Below, in pieces: positions 35,610-44,453 of a stretch of DNA of 64,000 bases. The translations under genes were made by a program, and so were the position numbers. The notes under the pieces were generated by a model, which was not told the origin of the DNA, did no database searches, and saw nothing but the letters and a program-made list of their open reading frames with translations. Source of the stretch: Candidatus Aquidulcis sp. (GTDB taxonomy: Bacteria > Chloroflexota > Anaerolineae > UBA4142); the NCBI GenBank assembly GCA_020723345.1, contig DYJA01000027.1, forward strand, positions 794 to 64,793, written 5' to 3'. Position 1 is the first letter of the stretch, and every line of letters starts with the position of its first letter.

Positions 35610-37094
35610 TTAGCGCGCGCGCTTTTTGCCGGCGCGTTTGGCGCGCGGCGCGGCTTTTTTCGCTGGCTTGGCTTGCGGTTTCTTGGCGGTCACTTTGGCG
35701 ACTGCCGCCATGACCATCTTGGAAGGTTTCGGCGCGACGCTGCCTTCAGGTACCGCGATATAGCCCATCGCCATCGCGTCGTGCACCATGCCGCGCGCGC
35801 GCATGATCAACTTTTTGGCGTGCGCGTATTCTTGTTCGAACGTGACGTCGGTGATTTTGGCGATGCCTTGCTCGATGGCTTTCATCGCCACCGCCGCGGC
35901 TTCGCGCGGGAAAACGTCGACGTCGTCCATCGTCGGCATGATAAAGTCCGGCGCGAGTCCCTTTTCTTCCGCCATTGTCGCCATTTCGTTCGCTGCCGCG
36001 ATGCACATCTCGTCGGTGATCGTCTTGGCGCGCACGTCGAGCGTACCGCGAAAGATGCCGGGGAATCCGAGCGAGTTGTTGACTTGATTCGGAAAATCGG
36101 AGCGTCCGGTCGCGACGACGACGGCGCCGGCTTCTTTGGCTTCCCAGGGCCAGATCTCAGGGATCGGATTCGCGCAGGCAAAGACGATCGCGTCTTTCGC
36201 CATCGCGGTGATCCATTCTTTCTTGATCGTGTCCGGTCCGGGCTGGGAAAGCGCGATACACACATCGGCGTCCTTCATCGCCTCGGCAATGCCGCCGGTA
36301 CGGCCTTCCGCGTTGGAAATGTTACACAGTTTCCACTTGTCCACGAATTCCGCTTTGCGCTGCTCGATGTCGGTGCGCCCCTTGTGCAAAATGCCCTTGG
36401 TGTCCACAAAGCAGCACAGCGCGGGTGTCGCGCCTGCGGCGAACACCAAGCGGCTGATCGCCACGTTGGCTGCGCCACAGCCGATGAACGCGATTTTGAC
36501 TTCGTTCATCTTTTTGCCGACGACTTTGAGCGCGTTGATCAATCCGGCGAGGGTCACGGTCGCCGTGCCTTGTTGATCGTCGTGCCAGATCGGAATTTCG
36601 CACGTTGCGCGCAATGTGTCGAGGATGCGGAAGCACTTGGGTTGGGAGAGGTCTTCGAGGTTGACGCCGCCGAGACCGGGCTGCAAGAGTTTCACCGTCT
36701 CGATGATCTTGTCCGGGTCTTTGGTGTCGATCATGATCGCGACGCCGTCCACACCGCCGAGGTACTTGTACAGCAGCGCCTTGCCTTCCATCACCGGCAA
36801 ACCGGCTTTGGGTCCGATGTCGCCGAGACCCAGGACGCGCGTGCCGTCGCTGATCACGGCGACGACGTTGCCTTTGTTGGTGTGCTGATACACCAACTCC
36901 GGATCGGCTTGGATCGCCTTGCACGGCGCGGCGACGCCGGGGGTGTACCAAATCGCGAAATCGTTAAAGTCGCGCACGCAGCACTTCAGCATCGTCTCGA
37001 CTTTACCGCGATAAAAGGGATGCAACTCCATCGCATCCGCGGCGGGCTTCTTCGCCTTGGCAAGCAGTTCTTCTTTGGTCAGTTGTGCTGCCAT
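35610..37094 (-). CDS. NAD(P)-dependent malic enzyme with a Lys/Ala/Pro-rich basic C-terminal tail.
   Basis: YTPGVA, ISDGTRVLGLGDIG, VNLEDI-like and GCGAANVA motifs are present. The ATG at 37094 follows an AAGGAG RBS; the track start at 37175 lies inside a word hairpin. Confidence 0.85.
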   Translation of the reverse strand: MAAQLTKEELLAKAKKPAADAMELHPFYRGKVETMLKCCVRDFNDFAIWYTPGVAAPCKAIQADPELVYQHTNKGNVVAVISDGTRVLGLGDIGPKAGLPVMEGKALLYKYLGGVDGVAIMIDTKDPDKIIETVKLLQPGLGGVNLEDLSQPKCFRILDTLRATCEIPIWHDDQQGTATVTLAGLINALKVVGKKMNEVKIAFIGCGAANVAISRLVFAAGATPALCCFVDTKGILHKGRTDIEQRKAEFVDKWKLCNISNAEGRTGGIAEAMKDADVCIALSQPGPDTIKKEWITAMAKDAIVFACANPIPEIWPWEAKEAGAVVVATGRSDFPNQVNNSLGFPGIFRGTLDVRAKTITDEMCIAAANEMATMAEEKGLAPDFIMPTMDDVDVFPREAAAVAMKAIEQGIAKITDVTFEQEYAHAKKLIMRARGMVHDAMAMGYIAVPEGSVAPKPSKMVMAAVAKVTAKKPQAKPAKKAAPRAKRAGKKRAR

Positions 37095-37206
37095 AAACAG
37101 TTCTCCTTTGAAGTGTTTAGAAGTTGGAGTTTGGAAATTGAAAGTCGGAGATTGGATGCTGGCGACCCAGTCCAACCTCCAATCTCCAATCTCAAACCTC
37201 TAACTC

Positions 37207-38133
37207 TTAGACGTTCAGATACGCGTCGGCGTAAATGACTTTGTTCAACAAGACCTGAATCGTTTTCCAGATCGCGACCTGTTCGGGATCTTTCAGGTCG
37301 ACGTCGTCAAGTGTCACTTCTTCGCCAGCGGCGGTGCGGTCGTGGAGGGTCAAGACGAGTTTGTTGACGGGAGTCGCTTCATCGCGCTCCTCGACGATGC
37401 GGATGAACTCTTTCTGCTTCTTGTCGAGCGGATCGGCGATCACATAATCCAAGCCGACTGCCATCAACATCACCATGTAGGTGCGATTGATGAGCGGGCG
37501 CATTTCGGGCGGCACCTGGTTCGAAACGTTCGACAAACCGGCGTTTGTCTTCAATGCCATGCCCGACTGTTTCAAGATCCGCACCGCTTCGACGCACTGC
37601 GGCACGTACTCCTGACAGCCCTTGACCGTCAGCACGAGTGGATCGATGATGAGGTTTTCGAGCGGCAAGCCAACTTCTTCGCAGCGCGGCGCGAGTTTTT
37701 CGAGTGCGAGCGAGACGCGCGCTTCTGCGCTGACTGGGATGCCTTCCTTCGCCATCGTCAAGCCGACGAGTTTTGCGCCGTACTCGACCGCGATGGGCGG
37801 TACGATTTCCAACCGTTCGGCTTCCGCCGAAGTCGAGTTGATGAACGCTTTGCCGCGCGGAATCTTCTTCAGTCCGGCTTTGATCGCTTCCAGGTTCGTC
37901 GTGTCGAGCGAGATCGGCACGTCCATACCGACGGCTTCGTGGATCACGTCCACCAGCCAGTTCATCACTTCGGGTCCCGCTTTCTTTTGGGGACCCACGT
38001 TCAGGTCGAGCGCCTGCGCGCCGGACTGCATTTGCTTGCGCGCGAGGTCGACGAAGAACGCGCCGTCCCGATTCGCGAGCGCTTCTTTCACTTTGGGCGC
38101 AATGATGTGAATGTTCTCACCGATAATGTACAT
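37207..38133 (-). CDS. acsE: Methyl-THF:corrinoid/iron-sulfur protein methyltransferase.
   Basis: 308-aa pterin-binding (DHPS-like) fold: MYIIGENIH...LDLNVG...INSTS...GLSNVS. It sits within the acs cluster. Confidence 0.85.
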   Translation of the reverse strand: MYIIGENIHIIAPKVKEALANRDGAFFVDLARKQMQSGAQALDLNVGPQKKAGPEVMNWLVDVIHEAVGMDVPISLDTTNLEAIKAGLKKIPRGKAFINSTSAEAERLEIVPPIAVEYGAKLVGLTMAKEGIPVSAEARVSLALEKLAPRCEEVGLPLENLIIDPLVLTVKGCQEYVPQCVEAVRILKQSGMALKTNAGLSNVSNQVPPEMRPLINRTYMVMLMAVGLDYVIADPLDKKQKEFIRIVEERDEATPVNKLVLTLHDRTAAGEEVTLDDVDLKDPEQVAIWKTIQVLLNKVIYADAYLNV

Positions 38134-38244
38134 GTGGCTCCTCCTTGAGTAAATTCTTTATCAGACAAGGCGACAGGGAGACAAGACGACAAGGAGAAAA
38201 TTTCCTTCTCCGTGTCTCCTTGTCACCATGTCTCCCCATCAAGA

Positions 38245-38706
38245 TTACGCGCCTTTTGGCAATCCGCCAAACCATTTGGCGAACGTATAGTGCAGTTTGT
38301 GCCCAAATCCTTGCGGTTGCAGATACATGAATGGACACACGCCGTAGACGACGGCGATCTTTTTCTCTTTGCAAAACTGAATCGCGGCTTCCGAGACCGC
38401 GCCCGCGCCGCCGCTGCGATGCATCCACACGCGCGGGATACCCAGTTCCGCGACCTCGCGCACGACTTGTTCCGTCACGTTCGGCGGAACGACGAGCAGA
38501 ACGCCGTCCGGCTTTTGCGGCAGTTCGCGCAGCGCGCCGTAGCACTGGATGCCTTCAATCGCGCGCGCCGGATTGATCGCGTACGTGTCATAGCCGCGCT
38601 TTTTGAATTCGTCGTACAGCGTGCGGCCCCAACCTTGCTTATCGCGTGTCACGCCGACAATAGCGATCCGTTTTTGAGCGAGGAAATCTTGCGCTAGATT
38701 TTGCAT
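38245..38706 (-). CDS. CoA-binding domain protein (YccU/YneT-like).
   Basis: KRIAIVGVTRD...GYDTYAINP...VPP... pattern. The ATG at 38706 is preferred over the track start, which lies inside the cacgcatcacg word hairpin. Confidence 0.7.
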   Translation of the reverse strand: MQNLAQDFLAQKRIAIVGVTRDKQGWGRTLYDEFKKRGYDTYAINPARAIEGIQCYGALRELPQKPDGVLLVVPPNVTEQVVREVAELGIPRVWMHRSGGAGAVSEAAIQFCKEKKIAVVYGVCPFMYLQPQGFGHKLHYTFAKWFGGLPKGA

Positions 38707-38761
38707 GGTTGACCTCAATCGTATGGCGTGAAACGTGATACGTGACCTCACGCAACACGCA

Positions 38762-39484
38762 TCACGCATCACGTTTTACTTGCGTCCAAAGGTTCTGGAA
38801 AACTTCTTCCAACGCCGGACCCAGTTTCGCCGGATCATCGGTCTGCTCCGGTTCGTTCTGGAACACGGCGAAGGGAACGCGGTGTTCTCTTATTTGAATT
38901 ATACCCTGACTCGCACCGCCCGACAATTTTGCCCAGTCGTTCGTTTTGTAGTATTTCTCCATTTTGTCGTCCGGCAGCGAGTGATGGAGAATCGAATGTT
39001 CTAGCCCGGATTTGGCGCGCCGCTGATTGCGCCGGAACGATTCTTCGTACGACACGCTGACGTAGACGATTGCCGCGCGCTTTAGAATTTCGTCCGACAA
39101 GTACTTGAATGCTTCGGCGAAACCATTTTCACCGCCGCGCGAAAATTCGACGAGGATGGTGTGCGCGTTTAACAGTTCTTTGTCCTGCTCCAGCCGTTTA
39201 TCAAACGCGAGATTGATCTTGCCGATCAGAAAGTTCCAGGTGAACGGATCTTTGAAATACAAGCGCGTGTCGGTCAGCAGGCGTTCGCGCCCCAAGCGTT
39301 CCCACACCCGGTCGTCCTCAAAGATTTGCCAGACCCAGACAAAATCGTCAATCTCGATGAATGGCGCGATGCGCAAGCGCGCGCAGCGTTCGTCATCCGA
39401 CATTTTCTTGAGATAGTCGATGATTTCGCTTTTGCCCGCCGCCGGGCGACCGATGAGGATGATAACGGGAAAGGTATCTGGCAT
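38762..39484 (-). CDS. P-loop NTPase/kinase-like protein of unknown function.
   Basis: A Walker A motif, GRPAAGKS, lies near the N-terminus. No other family signature was recognised. The start could be 39484 or 39511. Confidence 0.6.
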   Translation of the reverse strand: MPDTFPVIILIGRPAAGKSEIIDYLKKMSDDERCARLRIAPFIEIDDFVWVWQIFEDDRVWERLGRERLLTDTRLYFKDPFTWNFLIGKINLAFDKRLEQDKELLNAHTILVEFSRGGENGFAEAFKYLSDEILKRAAIVYVSVSYEESFRRNQRRAKSGLEHSILHHSLPDDKMEKYYKTNDWAKLSGGASQGIIQIREHRVPFAVFQNEPEQTDDPAKLGPALEEVFQNLWTQVKRDA

Positions 39485-39561
39485 GTGTTGGTCAACCCGT
39501 CTGTTGGTCAATCAGGGATCCGCAACCGGTTTCCTGATTCCCGATCGCTTGGACGTGAGCA

Positions 39562-39590
39562 TTGTCGGGCGTTAGGTTCTATGGTATAAT
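39562..39590 (+). promoter_or_regulatory. Sigma70-like promoter for the second DUF433/DUF5615 cassette.
   Basis: TTGTCG (39562-39567), a 17-nt spacer, then the extended -10 TGgTATAAT (39582-39590). Confidence 0.5.
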
Positions 39591-39609
39591 TTCTGCCGAG
39601 GTGAGCGCT

Positions 39610-39957
39610 ATGCAACTCGAAGATTATTTTGATTTCCAACGCCCGGATGACATTCGCATCAAAGGGCATCGCATCGGCATCGAGTCGGTGTTGTACGAAT
39701 ACATTCATCGCAAACAGACGCCGGAGGAAATTGCCCTACGCTTTGACACGTTGACGCTCGAAGAAATCTACGCGACGATTCTGTATTACCTGCACAACAA
39801 AGAGCAGGTGGACAAGTATATCGCGGACTGGCTGGAATACGGTCGCCGCGCGCGAGAAGAGCAAGCACGCCATCCGACGCCGGCAATCCTCAGACTCCGC
39901 CAACTCAAAGCAGAACGCCTAGCCGCTGAACACCAAACCGAGTACAAAACCGAATGA
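39610..39957 (+). CDS. DUF433-family antitoxin-like protein (second copy).
   Basis: The ATG at 39610 gives MQLEDYFDFQRPDDIRIKGHRIGIESVLYEY... It is paired by a 4-nt overlap with a DUF5615-like gene. Confidence 0.7.
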   Translation: MQLEDYFDFQRPDDIRIKGHRIGIESVLYEYIHRKQTPEEIALRFDTLTLEEIYATILYYLHNKEQVDKYIADWLEYGRRAREEQARHPTPAILRLRQLKAERLAAEHQTEYKTE

Positions 39958-40322
39958 GCCAATTTCAGTTTCTGCTGGACGAGCATGTTGGCGCAAGTCT
40001 GCAAAGGGCATTGCTACGCCGACAGCGCGATATCATTGTCTGGCGCATCGGCGACGCCGGCGCACCTCCGCGCGGCACACTTGATCCACAGATACTGCTT
40101 TGGTGTGAGCGAAATGGTTTCTCACTGGTGACAAACAACCGTGCTTCGATGCCGGCGCATTTGAGTGAACACCTTGCCGCAGACCACCATGTTCCCGGCA
40201 TTTTCACGTTGAACGACGACATGAGTATTGGTGAAACCGTAGACGAATTATTGCTCCTCTGGACGGCGGCAGACCCGCAAGAGTACGCCGACCAGCTGAA
40301 TTATCTGCCGGTGAGTGGGTGA
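39954..40322 (+). CDS. DUF5615-family PIN-like toxin candidate (second copy).
   Basis: MSQFQFLLDEHV...SLVTNN...PGIFTL is a DUF5615-like pattern. Its ATGA start overlaps the stop of the upstream gene. Confidence 0.7.
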   Translation: MSQFQFLLDEHVGASLQRALLRRQRDIIVWRIGDAGAPPRGTLDPQILLWCERNGFSLVTNNRASMPAHLSEHLAADHHVPGIFTLNDDMSIGETVDELLLLWTAADPQEYADQLNYLPVSG

Positions 40323-40341
40323 AAGACTCGTCGAAATTTGG

Positions 40342-40370
40342 CTGACACGGATACGATCCAATCGTATAAT
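40342..40370 (+). promoter_or_regulatory. Orphan strong promoter-like element.
   Basis: CTGACA (40342-40347), a 17-nt spacer, then TATAAT (40365-40370). No plus-strand CDS follows, only a long hairpin and a T-tract. Confidence 0.4.
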
Positions 40371-40405
40371 ATAATCACAATAAACCAGTTCGTCCGGCTT
40401 ACGCG

Positions 40406-40474
40406 CCCCCGACGACAAGGTCGCCAAGAGAGGTGGTCTTCCTCTTGCGAGGATTGTCGGGGGTGTTTTATTTT
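40406..40474 (+). terminator. Rho-independent terminator-like long hairpin with a T-tract.
   Basis: cccccgac (40406-40413) pairs with gtcggggg (40456-40463), with an inner stem caagagagg/cctcttg. The tract tgttttatttt (40464-40474) follows and overlaps the acsV stop codon on the opposite strand. Confidence 0.65.
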
Positions 40475-42381
40475 GCTTCCTGACCCTCCAACACCTTCCT
40501 CACACTCTCAAACTGCGTCAGATCCGTATGCGGCAAAAACAGCGCCGCCATGAATTGCTCCGTGAACGCGTTATCCGCCGCGAGTTCCAGATACGTCATC
40601 TTCTTCGCGATCGCGGCGATGTCATCGCGCGCGTCGCGACGGAGGAGCGCCATGTACGCGCCGCGCGCCGCGGTGTTCCCCAAGAAATGAAAACGCTCCC
40701 AGGGCAAATCCGGCAACAAGCCAATCTCGATTGCCTTTTCGATGTTAAGGTACTGTCCGAACGAACCGCCGATCAACATTTGCTCGACATCTTTCAGCGT
40801 CATCCCGACGCTGTGCGCGAGCATCACGTACCCCGCGTAGATCGCGGCTTTGGCGCGCAGCAAATTGTCAACGTCCGGTTTCGTGATCACAATGTCCGCG
40901 CCGGTATCGCTTTCCGCCGCCCACGCGATCACGTACTCCGGACCGTGCTCGCCTTGCCGCACGCGCGGCGTCGGTAAAGTCAGATTGATGTTCCCGGCTT
41001 TATCGGTGACGCCGGTGATAAACATTTCCGCGATCAAACTGATCAAGCCGGAGCCGCACAAGCCGCGCGGTTTTCCGCCGCCGATCACGCGGTACGTCGG
41101 CTCGTACGTTTTCGTGTTGATGTACACTTCTTCGATTGCGCCGGTCGTCGCGCGCATGCCGTGAAACACACCCGCGCCTTCGAACGCCGGACCCGCGCTG
41201 CACGCGCAACTCACCAGCCACTCGCGCGTCCCCAGCACCATTTCGCCGTTCGTGCCGATGTCGAGAAACAGCGTCACCTTGTCCGTATCGTGCGTGCCGG
41301 ACGAAAGCACGCCCGCCGTGATGTCCGCGCCCATGTAACTCGCGACGCCGGGCAAGCAATCGACCGGCGCTTCGGGATGAATGTTCAAGTTCAATTCCGT
41401 CGCCAGCACGGTCGGCGGATGATTGATCGTCGTGATGTACGGCGTGAGCCGAATTTGTTCCGGCGGCAGACCGAGCAAGATGTGCATCATCGTGCTGTTG
41501 CCGACGAGCGTCATCTTGTAAATCTCGCGCGGTTTACACTTGCGCCGCAACGTCGCGCGCTCGACGAGTTTGTTGATCGTCTGCGCGACGAGCGACTGCA
41601 ACTCGACCAAGCCGTTGCCTTTCGACGCGAAAACGATGCGCGAGATCACATCTTCGCCGCGCTTGATCTGCCCGTTGTAATCCGCCGCCGTTTCGACGAC
41701 TTGTCCGGTGAACAGATCGACGAGGTACACCGTGACCGTCGTCGTGCCAATGTCGACCGCCGCGCCGTACAACGACAGTGTTTGATCGCCGGGCAAAACG
41801 TCGACGATGCGCGGGTGCTCGTTGCCGCGATCGACCACGACGGTCACGCGCCATTCCGCGTCGCGCAACGTGCGCGCGAGCGTGCGCAAAACCGCGAGCG
41901 GCGCGGTGATGCCGCGAATGTCGCAGCACTTTGACAATTCGCGTTCGAGCCGCGCGAGATCGTCGGTGTTATCCGCGAGCGACGGCGGTTCGATTTCGAG
42001 AAAATATTTCGCGACGGTTTGATGAACGCGCCAATCGTACTCGAACGGGACGCTGACTTTGGCGGCGGTCTTTTCGGTGGTGAGGTGCCGCGTGATCTCT
42101 TCTTGCGGCGGCACGAAAATTTCGAGATCGCCCTCGACGACAGTTTGACACGCGAGCGCGTAACCGGTTTTCAAATCGTCCGCGCTCAGGCGCATCGTCG
42201 AACGGCGTCGCGCGTTGCCGCTTTCGACGACGACCGCGCAACGTCCGCAGCGACCTTGCCCGCCGCACGGAACGTTGATATCGATCCCGGCGATTTGCGC
42301 CGCTTCGGAGATCAGCGCGCCGTGCGGAATTTCGACAGTGACATCGGCTGGCTTGAAGTGAACTTTCTGGGTAGCGATGAT
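40468..42381 (-). CDS. acsV: Corrinoid activation/regeneration protein (RACo: 2Fe-2S + ASKHA ATPase).
   Basis: The track ORF starts at ATG 42195, but the same frame stays open to 42387 and encodes the 2Fe-2S ferredoxin domain ...NVPCGGQGRCGRCAV... No ATG, GTG or TTG lies upstream. ATC 42381 is proposed as the start. Confidence 0.75.
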   Translation of the reverse strand: MIATQKVHFKPADVTVEIPHGALISEAAQIAGIDINVPCGGQGRCGRCAVVVESGNARRRSTMRLSADDLKTGYALACQTVVEGDLEIFVPPQEEITRHLTTEKTAAKVSVPFEYDWRVHQTVAKYFLEIEPPSLADNTDDLARLERELSKCCDIRGITAPLAVLRTLARTLRDAEWRVTVVVDRGNEHPRIVDVLPGDQTLSLYGAAVDIGTTTVTVYLVDLFTGQVVETAADYNGQIKRGEDVISRIVFASKGNGLVELQSLVAQTINKLVERATLRRKCKPREIYKMTLVGNSTMMHILLGLPPEQIRLTPYITTINHPPTVLATELNLNIHPEAPVDCLPGVASYMGADITAGVLSSGTHDTDKVTLFLDIGTNGEMVLGTREWLVSCACSAGPAFEGAGVFHGMRATTGAIEEVYINTKTYEPTYRVIGGGKPRGLCGSGLISLIAEMFITGVTDKAGNINLTLPTPRVRQGEHGPEYVIAWAAESDTGADIVITKPDVDNLLRAKAAIYAGYVMLAHSVGMTLKDVEQMLIGGSFGQYLNIEKAIEIGLLPDLPWERFHFLGNTAARGAYMALLRRDARDDIAAIAKKMTYLELAADNAFTEQFMAALFLPHTDLTQFESVRKVLEGQEAK

Positions 42382-42483
42382 GGTACCTCAAAAGCAGTAA
42401 TCAGTGTTCAGTATCCAGTATTCAGAAAACTTTATGCGCGACTGATTACTGAAAACTGAACACTGAATACTGGATACTGATCG

Positions 42484-42714
42484 CTAGGATTCGTACGCTT
42501 CCGCGATCGCGCGCTGCGCGCTGCGCGTCGCTTCGTCCTCGCGCTGCGCCCACGCGACGCGGCGCGCGCCGGTGCGATCCACGATCAGTCGCATCGCCGC
42601 GCGCACGTCGACGTGTTCGGGACACGTACTGACGCAACGTGGATCGGCGCAATCGAGGCAGCGCGTCGCGCCGACCAGGACGCGTTGCAATTCGCCAAGG
42701 TTCGTGGCGTTCAT
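42484..42714 (-). CDS. Small Cys-rich protein with a Fer4_20-like half-ferredoxin motif.
   Basis: 76 aa with RCLDCADPRCVSTCPEHVDV, resembling the N-terminal Fe-S helical motif of GltD/PreT-type proteins. It lies between acsC and acsV. Confidence 0.5.
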   Translation of the reverse strand: MNATNLGELQRVLVGATRCLDCADPRCVSTCPEHVDVRAAMRLIVDRTGARRVAWAQREDEATRSAQRAIAEAYES

Positions 42715-42795
42715 GCCGGAACAACTTTCTAGTGATCTTCACGCATCACGCATCACGTTTCATTTCTGCCGTGATGCGTGATACGTGACAAACGA

Positions 42796-44133
42796 CTACG
42801 GCTTGATCTTCATATACGCCGGCAGATCTACCGCTTCGCGCGGACCCACATCAATCTGCCAACCTGGGAGCGCTTCTTCGACTTCGCCGAGCAAAACCGA
42901 AACCGCACCCGGCAACACGACGCGCTTGCGGCTGACTTTGGTTTCGACGTTCGTCGTCTTGACCGCCTTCGCGATCCGGTCGGCGTCGAATTTGCCGGCT
43001 GCCCACGCGGTCAACACGCTCATCCCTTCCGCGTCGGCAACGAGGAGCCACGCCGGCAAGCCCGCGCCTTCGACTTCGTTCGACACGGAGAAGTACGTAA
43101 TCGAGAAATTGGTCGTGACCAGAATCGGCGATTCGGGTTTGGGCGTGTTGATTTCGTACAGCCCCGGTTGAACCTGGATCGGTTTCTGCGGATCGGTGAA
43201 AATGTTTTGGCGCAAAACGAGGAGCGCGTACGCGGACGCGGGCGTAAAGTGATCGAGCACGACGAAACCGGCGTACTTGCCGATTTGCTGCGCGGCGAGC
43301 ACCGGCTCTTCCTCCGCCGACGAGACGCCCTCGCCGGGGAACGTGATGACGGGATAGCCGAGCGCGCGGAAATTCTTTTTGACCGCGAGGCGGCGAATCT
43401 GGGTCGCGAGCGTCAGCGTGCCGAGAAAATCGCGCGCGCCCGGATCGATGACGATGTCCTCCACGCCCGCGGCTTTGGCTTGCTCGGCGAGATTCGCGGT
43501 TGCTTCGAGTCCGTCGCCTTTGACCGCGAGCGGCGCTTTGAATTTCTTGGCGACGTCTGCCAACGCTGCCAGGTTCGACGCGTCGGCGGCGTAAAACATG
43601 GGCGCCGCGCCTTTCGCTTTCGCCATCGCGGCTTCAAACGCGGCGGGATCCTTCGCGATCAGAATCAGCGGAAAGTCACTCGCGCCGCGCACCGCTTCGA
43701 CGGCTGCCGCGAATTTGTTCGCGTCGCCGGACGCGTTTTCAATCGCAACGCCGCTGAGTTGCAACTTGATGCCGACGTAATCCACGTGGAACGCGTTCAT
43801 CTCTTTCGCTTTCGCGGCGAGATCGGCGTCCGTGTCTTTGACGCGCACGAACAGCGGCGCGGGGTTGTAGAACGTTTTCTCGTGGCGGAACAAAACGATT
43901 TCGTTGCCCGCCACCGCTTTGCGTCCGTCCGTCGAAAGCGTGATCAGGCGAATTGGCGGCTGCGACGCGGCTTCGAGTTGCTGCTTGGATGCTTCGCTGA
44001 CGTACGGGCACGCTTTCAGTTCCGCTTGCTTCGCGGCGAGTTTCATCGCGAACGCGAGACAAGTTGGAAAACCACATTCCTTGCAATTCGTTTGCGGGAG
44101 CAATTTATAAATCTGTAATCCGGTGAGTGCCAT
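42796..44133 (-). CDS. acsC: Corrinoid iron-sulfur protein large subunit.
   Basis: 445 aa. The N-terminal NCKECGFPTCLAFAMKLA...CPY motif binds the 4Fe-4S cluster and is followed by TIM-barrel and corrinoid-binding parts. Confidence 0.9.
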   Translation of the reverse strand: MALTGLQIYKLLPQTNCKECGFPTCLAFAMKLAAKQAELKACPYVSEASKQQLEAASQPPIRLITLSTDGRKAVAGNEIVLFRHEKTFYNPAPLFVRVKDTDADLAAKAKEMNAFHVDYVGIKLQLSGVAIENASGDANKFAAAVEAVRGASDFPLILIAKDPAAFEAAMAKAKGAAPMFYAADASNLAALADVAKKFKAPLAVKGDGLEATANLAEQAKAAGVEDIVIDPGARDFLGTLTLATQIRRLAVKKNFRALGYPVITFPGEGVSSAEEEPVLAAQQIGKYAGFVVLDHFTPASAYALLVLRQNIFTDPQKPIQVQPGLYEINTPKPESPILVTTNFSITYFSVSNEVEGAGLPAWLLVADAEGMSVLTAWAAGKFDADRIAKAVKTTNVETKVSRKRVVLPGAVSVLLGEVEEALPGWQIDVGPREAVDLPAYMKIKP

Positions 44134-44205
44134 TTGTTTCCTCCTTGAATCAGTGTTCGGTATTCAGTATTCAGACGACTGAACACTGAATACTGAATAC
44201 TGCTG

Positions 44206-44442
44206 TTACACTGCTTTTACTTCTTTCACTTTCGGAAAGAGATCGCGCACGGTGCTTTCGACGACGCGGTGCAGCGTCCAAGGCATCAAGGGGCAGCCCT
44301 CGCACGCACCGCCAAGATGCACGATGACGGTCTCGCCGTCGAACGAGACGAGTTCCACTTTGCCGTTGTGATAGATTTCGGCATAGTGGCTGATCGTCTG
44401 AATCGTTTCTGCCATGCGTTCATATTCGTTCGGTGTTGCCAT
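44206..44442 (-). CDS. NifU C-terminal-domain-like Fe-S scaffold/carrier protein.
   Basis: 78 aa starting at ATG 44442: ...VELVSFDGETVIVHLGGACEGCPLMPWTL... carries the NifU-like CxxC motif. The rest of the 309-aa track ORF is Arg-rich noise. Confidence 0.7.
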   Translation of the reverse strand: MATPNEYERMAETIQTISHYAEIYHNGKVELVSFDGETVIVHLGGACEGCPLMPWTLHRVVESTVRDLFPKVKEVKAV

Positions 44443-44453
44443 GTCAATTCTTT

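Noticed and set aside
40338-40553. A 71-aa plus-strand ORF downstream of the second TA pair.
   Set aside because: It runs through a terminator hairpin and into the antisense of the acsV 3' end, and it has no RBS. The region is better explained as non-coding; see the sRNA candidate.
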